Virus record (IMG/VR): IMGVR_UViG_3300022591_000012
Location: 1-54,453 of that record
Strand: one strand, 5' to 3'
Origin: a virus
Taxonomy: Duplodnaviria > Caudoviricetes
Length of the DNA stretch: 54,453 nt
In this document: piece by piece, positions 16,903 through 25,833 of the stretch
Layout of the letters: each line of letters opens with the position of its first letter
Numbering within the stretch: position 1 is the first letter of the stretch
The notes under the pieces: model-generated
Databases searched by the model: none
Told to the model about the DNA's origin: nothing
What the model saw: only the letters and a program-made list of their open reading frames with translations
Translations under genes and position numbers: made by a program

Positions 16903-16905
16903 GAC

Positions 16906-17103
16906 ATGCCGCCCAAGCGCCACCACAAACCGCCGGCACCAGCGTCCGCCCCCGACCCAGCCGCAGCCAGGGCGGAATACGATGCCGCGTGCCGCGAGGC
17001 AGCCCGGCTCTACCGCCCCGAGTCCAAATCGCCGGAGTGGTGCGCAGCCGTCGCCGTGGCCGATCTGGCGTGGAAAAGATGGATCGATGCCCGGCGCGGA
17101 TAG
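16906..17103 (+). CDS. hypothetical protein
   Basis: Starts 3 nt after upstream stop. Confidence 0.5.
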   Translation: MPPKRHHKPPAPASAPDPAAARAEYDAACREAARLYRPESKSPEWCAAVAVADLAWKRWIDARRG

Positions 17104-17177
17104 GATGGCGCAAGATTATTGCGCGCTGGTGCGGCAAAACACGGGGTTTCACCGCACCGCATTGCGCAAAACCGCCT

Positions 17178-17408
17178 TTACGCGCAACTTTCGGAAAGTT
17201 TGCGTTTTTCCCGTTGAGCCTCGGGCGGGGACCGCTCCCATGCCGACACCAGCGACTCGACCCATCGCGGGAACGCCTGGAACCCCGCTCCGGGCCGCTC
17301 CCTGCCCCAATAGCTGACCGTGGTGACGTTTGCGCCGGTCAGCGCGGAAAAGTCCTGGAGCGATAGCCCCAGGGTTTTCAGGCGAGCGCGGAAGTCGGCG
17401 GGGGTCAC
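17178..17408 (-). CDS. small HTH (Cro/XRE-like) protein
   Basis: TPADFRARLKTLGLSLQDFSALTGANVTTVSYW; SD AAGGA. Confidence 0.75.
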   Translation of the reverse strand: MTPADFRARLKTLGLSLQDFSALTGANVTTVSYWGRERPGAGFQAFPRWVESLVSAWERSPPEAQREKRKLSESCA

Positions 17409-17590
17409 GTCAGGTTCCTTTGCGGCGGGTCTGTATTCATGATGCGAGCGATCTGCGCTTGAACATGAGGTTGCTCAATCTCGGCCTTAAAGCGCGTTGC
17501 TGCCGCCCGCCACTGAACAAGCCGCTGCTCCGCCGTCATCTCGCCCATGGTCATATTTGATCCATCGGGACGTTTGGGCCATTCGGTCAT
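17405..17590 (-). CDS. hypothetical protein
   Basis: AACCGGAG junction motif upstream. Confidence 0.65.
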   Translation of the reverse strand: MTEWPKRPDGSNMTMGEMTAEQRLVQWRAAATRFKAEIEQPHVQAQIARIMNTDPPQRNLT

Positions 17591-17682
17591 CGGTTCATCT
17601 CCGGTTCGTGGTGTCAGATGGTCAGGTTCGTTAGGTCGGGTAAGCGTCGGCAACGCCGTTTTCGTTGACGTGGAAAGTCACA

Positions 17683-18072
17683 TCACCGCCTCGCGCCGGC
17701 CGCGATCGAATCCCGCAGGGCTTGTTCGGCCTGGTCGGGGCGCAGCGTGTTGGCGGAATGCAACGCTTGAGGAATTTCGCAGGTAGCGCCGGCGGCGATA
17801 TCCAAGGCGGCGAGGGCCAGCGCGTATTTGCCGCCGATGTGCGCAATCGTTTCGCGCAGATGGGCCGCCATCAGACCGGTTTGGTCGCCCAAGGCGGCGT
17901 TGCCGGCCGCGTCGGCGGTTGCGGTCAAGGCGTCGAGCTTGCGGACCAGCTCGCCAAGATCGAGTTCGAGGCCCTCCAGCGGTGCGGCAACGTCGCGCAG
18001 CGCGGCGGTGGCGACATTGAGGCGTACCACGGTGCCGAGGTGGATACGTTCGAGTGTGGCGGGTTCGGTCAT
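17683..18072 (-). CDS. hypothetical helical protein
   Basis: ORF in leftward array. Confidence 0.6.
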   Translation of the reverse strand: MTEPATLERIHLGTVVRLNVATAALRDVAAPLEGLELDLGELVRKLDALTATADAAGNAALGDQTGLMAAHLRETIAHIGGKYALALAALDIAAGATCEIPQALHSANTLRPDQAEQALRDSIAAGARR

Positions 18073-18107
18073 TTGGGGTCTCTGGAGTCGGGTTTAGGCG
18101 TTCATGG

Positions 18108-18425
18108 TTAGGGGGTGAAGGCCATCGGCACGCCACTCATGATGGCTGGACCCTTCAGGTGTGCAGTATCTTCCGGGCAAAGGCTGCGGACCTCGGTTTG
18201 AAAGCCGATATCTCTCATGCGCTCGGCTGCCACAAAAGCAGCGCGGGTGACATAATCTTTGGTCAGATCAGTCATGCTCGCCATGACGGTATCCGTCACC
18301 CAATAATGCTCAGGCCCCAAAACTTTCTGCATGGCGGACTCATCCGAGTCCGGGCATGTTCGCAAAACATACACATGCCCCGGCCCTTCAACTCGCTCTT
18401 CGCGGCAAACTAGGATCATGGTCAT
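18108..18425 (-). CDS. hypothetical protein
   Basis: Hairpin plus AACCGGAG junction upstream. Confidence 0.65.
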   Translation of the reverse strand: MTMILVCREERVEGPGHVYVLRTCPDSDESAMQKVLGPEHYWVTDTVMASMTDLTKDYVTRAAFVAAERMRDIGFQTEVRSLCPEDTAHLKGPAIMSGVPMAFTP

Positions 18426-18476
18426 TCTCGTATCTCCGGTTCGTTGAGCCGGGCCGAAGCCCGGCGGTTTGGTGGA

Positions 18477-18857
18477 TCAGGTGGCGGACTTCCAGTGGTC
18501 GAACTCGGCGCGCTGCTCGGCAGTCATCTCCAAATCCAGCGCAGAGACATTGATCGGTCGCGCGTCCTTAAGGTGCGGGTTGACGAATTTCCCGGAACCT
18601 GTGTGGCAGAGGACCGCCCAATCAACCGGGTCGGACAGATCGCCGAACGTGCTTTGAGGCGCCTGCCAGTCCGAAACCGTATAGACGGTGTATCCGGCGG
18701 CTGTGGCGGACTGCAATAGGATCGCCGGAAACCGGAGGGTGCAGTCATCCGTGTGGACGGTGGCCCAACCGAGACGCAGACGGTTGCTGCGTCTCACCTC
18801 TGCGAAATCCGCGGCGTGTGTCTTGCCGTCCAAATGGGATGTGATCTGGGTTTTCAT
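18477..18857 (-). CDS. hypothetical protein
   Basis: Hairpin plus AACCGGAGTAACGAAG upstream. Confidence 0.7.
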   Translation of the reverse strand: MKTQITSHLDGKTHAADFAEVRRSNRLRLGWATVHTDDCTLRFPAILLQSATAAGYTVYTVSDWQAPQSTFGDLSDPVDWAVLCHTGSGKFVNPHLKDARPINVSALDLEMTAEQRAEFDHWKSAT

Positions 18858-18902
18858 CTTCGTTACTCCGGTTGAGGTGGGGCCGAGGCCCCGCCCAAGT
18901 GG

Positions 18903-19208
18903 TTAAGATGCGGCGTTGATGGCATCCCGGATTTCCGCCAGCAGATCGCCAACACCTTCCTGCATTTCGTCACCTTCAAAGCCCTCAATGAACCGCTCGG
19001 CTTTGGTGAGAGCGGCCAGCAACGTCGGAGCCGCCGCCAGCTTCTTCGCATCCCGCCGCGCTTCCTCAACCCCGGCATTTCCGCCGTAAGCGCCGCTTAG
19101 GTTCATGAAGCAGAGAACCCGGTCGGTGTTCTTTTCGCCAACATACGGTGTTCCGACATCGCTTCCGCCGAAGAACTTCATCTTCTGGATCAGGTCTTGG
19201 GTCTGCAT
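18903..19208 (-). CDS. hypothetical phage protein
   Basis: DAKKLAAAPTLLAAL...AERFIEGFEGDEMQEG; SD AGGAG. Confidence 0.7.
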   Translation of the reverse strand: MQTQDLIQKMKFFGGSDVGTPYVGEKNTDRVLCFMNLSGAYGGNAGVEEARRDAKKLAAAPTLLAALTKAERFIEGFEGDEMQEGVGDLLAEIRDAINAAS

Positions 19209-19286
19209 CTCATGATCTCCTGTTGGGTATCAGGCCGAGCGGCCAGACCCGCCCCCGCCGTGACGGGGGAAGGCCCGGCGGTTCGG

Positions 19287-19541
19287 TCAGGCGTGGACCC
19301 AAGCGCGATCGGCAAGCGGAAACTCCGCGGCCGATCCGTTGCCCCAGGCGGCCAGCGCCGCTTCGTCCGCGGCGTCGATCTCGTAGGCCCTGAACTCCAC
19401 GGCGACTTCGTCCATCGGCAGGGCGTGCGGGTTAATGCCGACCGCATCGTCAAACTGAATCAGCACATCGCGCGCCGTCTCGCCTTCTCCCGTCCATTGG
19501 AGAAGTCCGGCGTTGATGTCGAAAAGCGCAAATTTGGTCAT
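19287..19541 (-). CDS. hypothetical protein
   Basis: Hairpin plus AACCGGAGTAACGAAG upstream. Confidence 0.7.
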   Translation of the reverse strand: MTKFALFDINAGLLQWTGEGETARDVLIQFDDAVGINPHALPMDEVAVEFRAYEIDAADEAALAAWGNGSAAEFPLADRAWVHA

Positions 19542-19587
19542 CTTCGTTACTCCGGTTTGAGGCGGGGGATCGCTCCCCCGGCTGGGG

Positions 19588-19800
19588 TTAGGCGCGGGTG
19601 GCGATCCACTGCGCCCCGCGAAGGAACGCGACGGCCTCATCAATTGTCCGGAGGCTGATTTCGTCTTGCGCCCACTCCGTAGCCGCCGGCTCCGGGAAAT
19701 ACTCTTCGCGGCGATGCACGATGCTGCCTATACATGCGTCGCCATCCCATACGTCGTAAACGTCGCGGCATGATTTGGCGGGCCTGATGTCAATAGCCAT
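19588..19800 (-). CDS. hypothetical protein
   Basis: SD AAGGA; first gene after leftward promoter. Confidence 0.65.
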   Translation of the reverse strand: MAIDIRPAKSCRDVYDVWDGDACIGSIVHRREEYFPEPAATEWAQDEISLRTIDEAVAFLRGAQWIATRA

Positions 19801-19847
19801 CGTCTCTGTCCTTGTTCCGGGTCCGGCCATCCCGTCCCGATGCCCGT

Positions 19848-19896
19848 ATTATGCACGATGCAGCGGACATGGCAACAGGAAAATGCACAGTGCATT
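19848..19896 (-). promoter_or_regulatory. leftward promoter with upstream palindrome
   Basis: TTGCCA-16-CATAAT on minus strand; AATGCAC-A-GTGCATT at 19882-19896. Confidence 0.55.
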
Positions 19897-19960
19897 GTAT
19901 TATTAGTTGGACTGATGACACACACGATATTGTTGTCAGGATGACCGCGCTGCGCTAAAT

Positions 19961-20173
19961 ATGGCAGCGTCCGCTGCAACGGAGACCGTCGTGCCCGCCT
20001 CCCCCGCGCATCAAATCCGCCGGCTGCGATCCCGCATCGTCCGGCTCAAAACCGAGCTATCGGATATGAGGCAAATCGCAGAGGCGTTCCACGAGGCGTT
20101 CCAGCGCGAAATGCTTGACAAACCAACCCGGTGCAGCGATATGCTGACACAGCACGTTAACGTAGGAGCGTAA
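19961..20173 (+). CDS. hypothetical coiled-coil protein
   Basis: ORF upstream of packaging genes. Confidence 0.45.
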   Translation: MAASAATETVVPASPAHQIRRLRSRIVRLKTELSDMRQIAEAFHEAFQREMLDKPTRCSDMLTQHVNVGA

Positions 20174-20177
20174 CCCC

Positions 20178-20366
20178 ATGTCCGCACTCGGTTCTCCCGT
20201 CAAAAGCACCGGCACCGCGCCAACCGGCAAAACCTCGGCCGCTCAGGGCACGTCGGTTGGCGGCGGCTCCCGCCCGGGCGGCACGAGCAAGCACCCGATT
20301 GATGTGTCCAGCCCGAGCGATCATCACACGCTGGACCGCAAGCCGCCGTCCGGTTGGCTGAAGTAG
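20178..20366 (+). CDS. small low-complexity protein
   Basis: SD AGGAG. Confidence 0.6.
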   Translation: MSALGSPVKSTGTAPTGKTSAAQGTSVGGGSRPGGTSKHPIDVSSPSDHHTLDRKPPSGWLK

Positions 20367-20383
20367 CATTAAGCGGGGACGCC

Positions 20384-20716
20384 GTGGGCGTTGAAAGCAA
20401 CGCAAGTCAACGATCTGGCGGGATTACCGGAAAGGGCTTCCAGAAGGGGCAATCCGGTAATCCTGGAGGCGTGCCGAAAGGGCTGGCTGAGGTCGTTAAA
20501 CTCGCACGCACGCACACCGTTGCGGCGATTCAAGCTCTAGCCGACATCTGTCAGAACGACGATGCGCCGCCGGCCGCTCGCGTTTCCGCCTCGTCCGCTA
20601 TTCTCGACCGGGCGTGGGGTAAGCCGAAAGAAACATTGGAGCACGCCGGACCTGATGGCGCCGCGATCCCCGTCTCCATAGCCGTCACATTTCATAAGCC
20701 TGCGCCGCCGGCGTGA
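20384..20716 (+). CDS. putative terminase small subunit (DUF5681-like)
   Basis: GFQKGQSGNPGG motif, ILDRAWGKP; directly upstream of TerL. Confidence 0.75.
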   Translation: MGVESNASQRSGGITGKGFQKGQSGNPGGVPKGLAEVVKLARTHTVAAIQALADICQNDDAPPAARVSASSAILDRAWGKPKETLEHAGPDGAAIPVSIAVTFHKPAPPA

Positions 20717-21990
20717 TGCAAGCGCAGTTCGCGGACTGCTTTCAATTTTTGTTTGAGCCATCGCGCTACAAGGTCATCTATGGCGGGCGCGGTTCCGGCA
20801 AATCGATGAGCGTGGCCCGCGCGCTGCTGATAACAGCGGCGGCGGAACCGCTTCGCATCTTGTGTGCCCGAGAGCTACAGACCTCGATCCGGGATAGCGT
20901 CCATAAGCTGCTGTCCGATGAGATCGGCGCGCTCGGCCTGGCCGACTTCTACGAAATACAAAACGCGGCGATCTACGGTCGGAACGGGACGGAGTTCATT
21001 TTCCGCGGCTTGCGGCATAACGTCGCGGAAGTGAAGTCGATGCAGGGGCTTGACCGGGTTTGGGTGGAAGAAGCGCAGCTTGTCAGCAAGTCGTCATGGG
21101 AAATCTTGTTGCCAACCGTACGAAAGGATGGCAGCGAAATCTGGCTGACATTCAATCCGGTACTGGAGGAGGACGAGACCTATCAGCGGTTCGTGGTCAA
21201 CCCGCCATCCACCGCGGTTGTCAGGGAAGTCAACTGGACCGACAACCCGTGGTTCCCAAGTGTGTTGCGGATCGAGATGGAGGAATTGCAGCGCCGCGAT
21301 CCGGACGCCTGCCTGAATATCTACGGCGGGAAGTGCCGTCACGCTCTTGATGGCGCGATTTATGCCAACGAGCTACGCGACGCGACGGCTCAGGGTCGCA
21401 TTACTCGCGTGCCGTGTGAGCCGGGCAGTCCGGTCTATACCGCGTGGGATCTGGGGCACAGCGACAACACCGCGATCTGGTTTTTTCAGCGCGTCGGATT
21501 CGATTACAGGATGCTGGCGTATTTTCAGGACACCGCGCAAAAGATCGAGCATTACCTGTTAGAATTACAAAATCGCGGTTACGTCTATGGTCGCCACTAC
21601 CTGCCGCATGATGCCGAAAGCAACCGCCTGGAAGGGAAGTCGATCGCCAATCAGATACGCGGGGTATACGGCTCTAATGCCGTCATCGTTGTGCCTCGCA
21701 CCGATAACGTCGGAAACGACCTAAACATCTGTCGAACCGTGTTTGCGAACTGTTGGTTCGATAAGGAAAAATGCGCCGATGGCTTGCACGCGCTGCGGCA
21801 TTACCGCTATGGCGTGGACGAGGACACCGGCCGCCGGTCGCGGCTGCCGCTGCACGACTGGTCGAGCGACGGTAGCGACGCATTCCGCACATTCGCGGTT
21901 GGATTCAGGCAAGAGAAGCGTGAGGTGCCGGGCAAGCGCCGCCAGATGACCGCCAGCAACGACGTTTCGCACAGTTGGCTAGGTTCGTAG
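20713..21990 (+). CDS. terL: terminase large subunit (PBSX-type)
   Basis: YGGRGSGKS, CARELQTSIRDSV, WVEEA, TFNP, AWDLG, HDWSSDGSDAFR. Confidence 0.95.
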   Translation: MMQAQFADCFQFLFEPSRYKVIYGGRGSGKSMSVARALLITAAAEPLRILCARELQTSIRDSVHKLLSDEIGALGLADFYEIQNAAIYGRNGTEFIFRGLRHNVAEVKSMQGLDRVWVEEAQLVSKSSWEILLPTVRKDGSEIWLTFNPVLEEDETYQRFVVNPPSTAVVREVNWTDNPWFPSVLRIEMEELQRRDPDACLNIYGGKCRHALDGAIYANELRDATAQGRITRVPCEPGSPVYTAWDLGHSDNTAIWFFQRVGFDYRMLAYFQDTAQKIEHYLLELQNRGYVYGRHYLPHDAESNRLEGKSIANQIRGVYGSNAVIVVPRTDNVGNDLNICRTVFANCWFDKEKCADGLHALRHYRYGVDEDTGRRSRLPLHDWSSDGSDAFRTFAVGFRQEKREVPGKRRQMTASNDVSHSWLGS

Positions 21991-22041
21991 TGCAAACGAC
22001 CGTGAGATAGCGTAATATCACCGCAGAAAGGAACCCCCGAC

Positions 22042-22287
22042 ATGCCCGCACCCTACTCCTGGCAGTCCAGTCCAAACCCCTGGCAGACAATTGGCGAGAC
22101 GATCGACGCGCTGGAGGCCAAGATCGCCGCGCAGCAGTCTCCGGACCCGGCAATCCTGACGCGCATGGCTGCGCTGGAAGCCAAGGCAGCGCAGGTTGAT
22201 GCGCTCGCCGCCCGGCTGACCGCAGCGGAAGCGGAGCACGCAAGCCTGTTGGCCGCCCTGTCGGCGCCTACGAAGCCCGCAGCATGA
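22042..22287 (+). CDS. small coiled-coil protein
   Basis: SD AAGGA. Confidence 0.65.
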   Translation: MPAPYSWQSSPNPWQTIGETIDALEAKIAAQQSPDPAILTRMAALEAKAAQVDALAARLTAAEAEHASLLAALSAPTKPAA

Positions 22288-22448
22288 CCGAGGCGGCATT
22301 TCTCGACCTCCTGGCCCGCGACATAGCCACTCGGCCCGAGGCTCTCGTCCCTCTGACCGAGGGGTTTGTGTCTGACGCGCTGGCGCTGGTGGCTGGCGTG
22401 GTTGTTGACCCCGACGCGCCGATTGATGGCGAGGTTGAGTTGGGGTGA
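22284..22448 (+). CDS. PrlF antitoxin C-terminal-like peptide (54 aa)
   Basis: AFLDLLARDIATRPEALVPL...ALVAGVVVDPDAPIDGEV; ATGA overlap; not in ORF track. Confidence 0.6.
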   Translation: MTEAAFLDLLARDIATRPEALVPLTEGFVSDALALVAGVVVDPDAPIDGEVELG

Positions 22449-22574
22449 TTCCGAAACCACGATCCGCCGAGCGAGAGCGGCGATCGAAGCAGCAGAAAGG
22501 GCGTGCCGTGAGCAAGCCGAAGCCGAAGGGCGACAAGAAGCCGTTCCCGCCGAAGAAGCCGAAGGGGAAATGAG

Positions 22575-22754
22575 ATGAGCGACAAGCCCGCGCGGCTGAT
22601 CAGCATGAGCGCCCCCGAGGATGTTGCCGCCGGCCCGCTGGTCAGGTCGGACGGTGAGGACGATAAGCGTTACGCCGCACGCGCGGCGCTGATGGACCGA
22701 CTGTTTGCAATCCCTGACGATTGCGACGATGTCTCCGAAGGAGAAAAGAGGTGA
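22575..22754 (+). CDS. small hypothetical protein (59 aa)
   Basis: MSDKPARLISM...; SD AAGGGG; GTGA overlap with next gene. Confidence 0.5.
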   Translation: MSDKPARLISMSAPEDVAAGPLVRSDGEDDKRYAARAALMDRLFAIPDDCDDVSEGEKR

Positions 22755-23236
22755 GCACCTATTCAGGCATTTCATTTTATGACCGGGTTGAACTTGCCGC
22801 GCGTCAACTGTGCGCCGACGCCGGCTACGATAAGCATGCGGACGATCTCGTGCCCCGGCCGGACACGCTCACATCTGCCACAACGCCGGTTGGTGAGGTG
22901 GCGTTGCCGCCGGCCAAGCCGGTGCCGTTGTGGCGGTTCTGGCGGGATGCCGCCATTGAGCAGGTGAGGGAAGAAAATGAGCGACGCGCCCGCGAGGATG
23001 ATCAACGTGAGGCGGACAGGGACGCTGCCGCCGACCTGACCAGCGGGCCGGCCAACGAGGACGATGAGCGATGCAGCGTTGCGCGCGCCGCCCTCGTGCG
23101 CGATGCGCAACGCGCGATGTATGGCGGCGACGCAGATGGTTATGACAGGTTTATGGTGATATTCTGCGTTAGCGTGGCCGGATTCATAGGCATCGCGCTT
23201 ATCGGTTCTTTGGTGGCCAGCGTGATTGCGCCCTGA
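22751..23236 (+). CDS. hypothetical protein with C-terminal TM helix
   Basis: SD AAGGAG, GTG start; FMVIFCVSVAGFIGIALIGSLVASVI. Confidence 0.6.
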   Translation: MSTYSGISFYDRVELAARQLCADAGYDKHADDLVPRPDTLTSATTPVGEVALPPAKPVPLWRFWRDAAIEQVREENERRAREDDQREADRDAAADLTSGPANEDDERCSVARAALVRDAQRAMYGGDADGYDRFMVIFCVSVAGFIGIALIGSLVASVIAP

Positions 23237-23309
23237 ACCGTGTAGCTCTTGGTGCATCTACGAGCGTGGTGTCTGCAAGTTTTGCGGGCACCCGCAGGAG
23301 AGGACAAAG

Positions 23310-23483
23310 ATGGGACTGGTAATCTACGACATCGAGACAGACCAGACGCGCGAGGTAACGCAGGCGGACATTGACCGGCTGACCGCCGTCGCAAGTGCCT
23401 ACGGTCGGCTGCGCGTGGAGGTCGAGAGAGTCCACGCGGCGCTGCTGGCCGAGATTAAGGCGATCAAGGGGAGGGGCAAGTGA
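23310..23483 (+). CDS. small hypothetical protein
   Basis: SD GGAGAGG; TREVTQADID. Confidence 0.65.
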   Translation: MGLVIYDIETDQTREVTQADIDRLTAVASAYGRLRVEVERVHAALLAEIKAIKGRGK

Positions 23484-24031
23484 CGGCGGTTGCCTACCGC
23501 GCTGGCGTCATGGCTGCGGATAGTGTCGGCTGGACGTGCAACTTGTCGGTCGCGGTGCCCGTCGCGCCGAAGATCAAGCGGTTGCGTGGCGGTGGCCTGA
23601 TAGCGGCTGCTGGCCAGACAGTGGCGATTGATCGGTTTGTCGAGTGGATGTTGCGTGGCGGCGGAAAGCCCGAAGGCATCGACAGGGACGACTTGACCGG
23701 CTTGTGGGTCCACCCGGACGGCTCCGTGTGGATGTGCCTGCACGATCTGCACTTCATCCGCATTCACTCTGAGTTCTTCGCGATCGGGGCGCCATCCACA
23801 TTTATGATGGGCGCGCTGTTTGCCGGCGCGACGGCCGAGGAATCTGTGCGGCTGGCAATTGCGCACACCGATGGCGCTGGCGGATCGGTCCAGGTCGAAC
23901 ATATTCATGCCGGCGATCCGGGCGGTATCATTAAGTTGTCGCCGGGGTGCGATCCGCGATCGGTTGTACCGGCGCAGTTTCGGCCGGTGCCGAAACCGGG
24001 ATGCGGTGGATGGGTGGAAAGTGGCAAATGA
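23480..24031 (+). CDS. HslV/proteasome beta-like Ntn-hydrolase
   Basis: N-terminal M-T-AVAY...MAADS, PKI, FAIGA, GATAEESVRLAI..D. Confidence 0.7.
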   Translation: MTAVAYRAGVMAADSVGWTCNLSVAVPVAPKIKRLRGGGLIAAAGQTVAIDRFVEWMLRGGGKPEGIDRDDLTGLWVHPDGSVWMCLHDLHFIRIHSEFFAIGAPSTFMMGALFAGATAEESVRLAIAHTDGAGGSVQVEHIHAGDPGGIIKLSPGCDPRSVVPAQFRPVPKPGCGGWVESGK

Positions 24032-24405
24032 TCGACCTCATAGGTTTTGTCGACCATGATGACCCATGCCCGACATGCGGCAAGACGCATTATGGGCCGA
24101 CCAGGCGGTGTAGGATGACGCGCCATAAGCCGTTCTTTGTCGCTAAACCCGCCAGCCTGTTCGTCGTCGCTCATGATGGAGGATGCGAAGGCTACAGCCT
24201 TCCACTGCTGGCGTTCACCGATAAGGCTTCGGCGCTGAAATGGTGCAAGTCGCAAGACGGTAGTTATAGCGTGGCCGAGGTGCCCGTGTTCCCGGAGTTG
24301 CCGGCCGCGCCGTGGTACCGGGTTGAACCAGTCACGGAAGGCGCCTCGCCGCCCGACGACGAGTGGTCCCGGCTGCTGGAGTGCAAGCGGGCCGCGGCGA
24401 TATGA
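24028..24405 (+). CDS. hypothetical protein
   Basis: ATGA coupling; alternative start 24115. Confidence 0.5.
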   Translation: MIDLIGFVDHDDPCPTCGKTHYGPTRRCRMTRHKPFFVAKPASLFVVAHDGGCEGYSLPLLAFTDKASALKWCKSQDGSYSVAEVPVFPELPAAPWYRVEPVTEGASPPDDEWSRLLECKRAAAI

Positions 24406-24812
24406 GTGGCAATCTTCCCGAGTGGGATATGGCCCGCATAGCTGCGGCGGCGCATGCCGCATTCGTTGCGGCATTCGGGCCGCATGAAACCCCAATGACG
24501 AATCGCTTCGTGCCAGATGATGCAGATCAAACCTCTATTGAGTTGGTGTTACGCGCCGCTGATTCGTTGTTAACGACCGCTCAAATTATTGACAGCATTG
24601 TTGTGCCGGCCGCGGCGGCGCTAGCCGAAGAAACGCCTCACGGCTGGTCGTTTCTCCCCTTGGAACTGCCCTATGGGGCCTATCGCGCGGCGCGTCATGG
24701 CGACGGCTTTGTTTCTATCCGGGTGGTGATGGGACGAGATATTGTTAGCGGCTTGGTGTTGTTGACAATCGACGTTTTGACATCCCCCGTTCCGGCCGCA
24801 TCATGCCACTGA
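24402..24812 (+). CDS. hypothetical protein
   Basis: ATGA coupling. Confidence 0.55.
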   Translation: MSGNLPEWDMARIAAAAHAAFVAAFGPHETPMTNRFVPDDADQTSIELVLRAADSLLTTAQIIDSIVVPAAAALAEETPHGWSFLPLELPYGAYRAARHGDGFVSIRVVMGRDIVSGLVLLTIDVLTSPVPAASCH

Positions 24813-25027
24813 CCGGATGGCAGAAAATCGAGTTCTACGACCCCGCGCTGGACGCTCAGGCGGCGCGGATCAGTGGATTTGACGGCCGGGGCGGCGAATA
24901 CTGGCGCAAGGTGCCGCTCTGCCCGACCGGCAAGTCCCGGCGCGCACAAATCAACGCGGTGCTGGACGAGATCGAGGATGCTATTGCGCTGGCCGATCGT
25001 GGGCAGCGAGAACCAGGAGAGGTCTGA
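24803..25027 (+). CDS. hypothetical protein
   Basis: Overlapping coupling with both neighbours. Confidence 0.6.
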   Translation: MPLTGWQKIEFYDPALDAQAARISGFDGRGGEYWRKVPLCPTGKSRRAQINAVLDEIEDAIALADRGQREPGEV

Positions 25028-25833
25028 TGACGACACCTAACGAACTGGCCGAACGTATTGCCGTATTAGACGCAGACGGAATCGCAAGGCCCACCAGCTT
25101 ACTTTTATTTCGGGGTGCAATGGAGTGCATACCCACCATACTCGGGCCGCGCCCGGAAACCGAAGTGCTAATGAATGCCAACGGGACGGGCCGCGTCGAT
25201 GAGCCGGAACCGTCGCCTTATGAGGGGTTGTCCATGGCTATCGCCGATGAGAAGGAAGGTAAGTGGCCGCCGATCCCCTATGTCAGCAGCGATCTCACAG
25301 AGCAACTGGCTGCCGCAGCGGCGAATCAGTTTCCCGGCAGCGTCACCTATGTCAGCAACAACAAATCCTACGAAGACGAGATCATCGAACACCTTGCCCT
25401 GATCGGCCGCCTGTCGGAACGCATCTCGGAACTCGAAGCCGAGAACACGGACCTGCGCCGCGTCTCGGGTTATTGGCAAGTCAAGTGCTTTGAGGCGATT
25501 GAGCTTGCTCGGCTCGGCAGCATCTGTCCCGTCGACCTCGCCCCGTTCGATCCCAAGAGTATCGCCGCTGAAAGCGGCGAACCAGCGGCGCCATTCACCG
25601 CCGATGAGTTGGTGGCCGCGCTGGAGGACTCACAGCGGCTTTACGGGAGCGACACCCCGACCGTGACAGCCCCCGCCGTTCTCAGCGCCAAGATGGGAAC
25701 CGTTCCCATCGGCGGGCCAGTCCCCACGGGATGGCGGATTGTTGTTTCGCCGCCCGTCCCCGCCGCCAAGCCGCCGCTTCCGGCTCAGGCGCTTGGCTCG
25801 CAGACGCAGGATATCGGGCTGGTGGTGCGATGA
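25027..25833 (+). CDS. hypothetical protein with coiled coil
   Basis: SD AGGAGAGG; 268 aa. Confidence 0.7.
   Translation: MTTPNELAERIAVLDADGIARPTSLLLFRGAMECIPTILGPRPETEVLMNANGTGRVDEPEPSPYEGLSMAIADEKEGKWPPIPYVSSDLTEQLAAAAANQFPGSVTYVSNNKSYEDEIIEHLALIGRLSERISELEAENTDLRRVSGYWQVKCFEAIELARLGSICPVDLAPFDPKSIAAESGEPAAPFTADELVAALEDSQRLYGSDTPTVTAPAVLSAKMGTVPIGGPVPTGWRIVVSPPVPAAKPPLPAQALGSQTQDIGLVVR

Noticed and set aside
13440-19600. CRISPR array or integron attC cassettes
   Set aside because: Repeats are degenerate, irregularly spaced and overlap RBSs; no cas genes, integron integrase or attC R-box structure seen
20115-20145. Promoter TTGACA...TATGCT before the packaging genes
   Set aside because: 19-nt spacer and located inside an ORF; not supportable without TSS data
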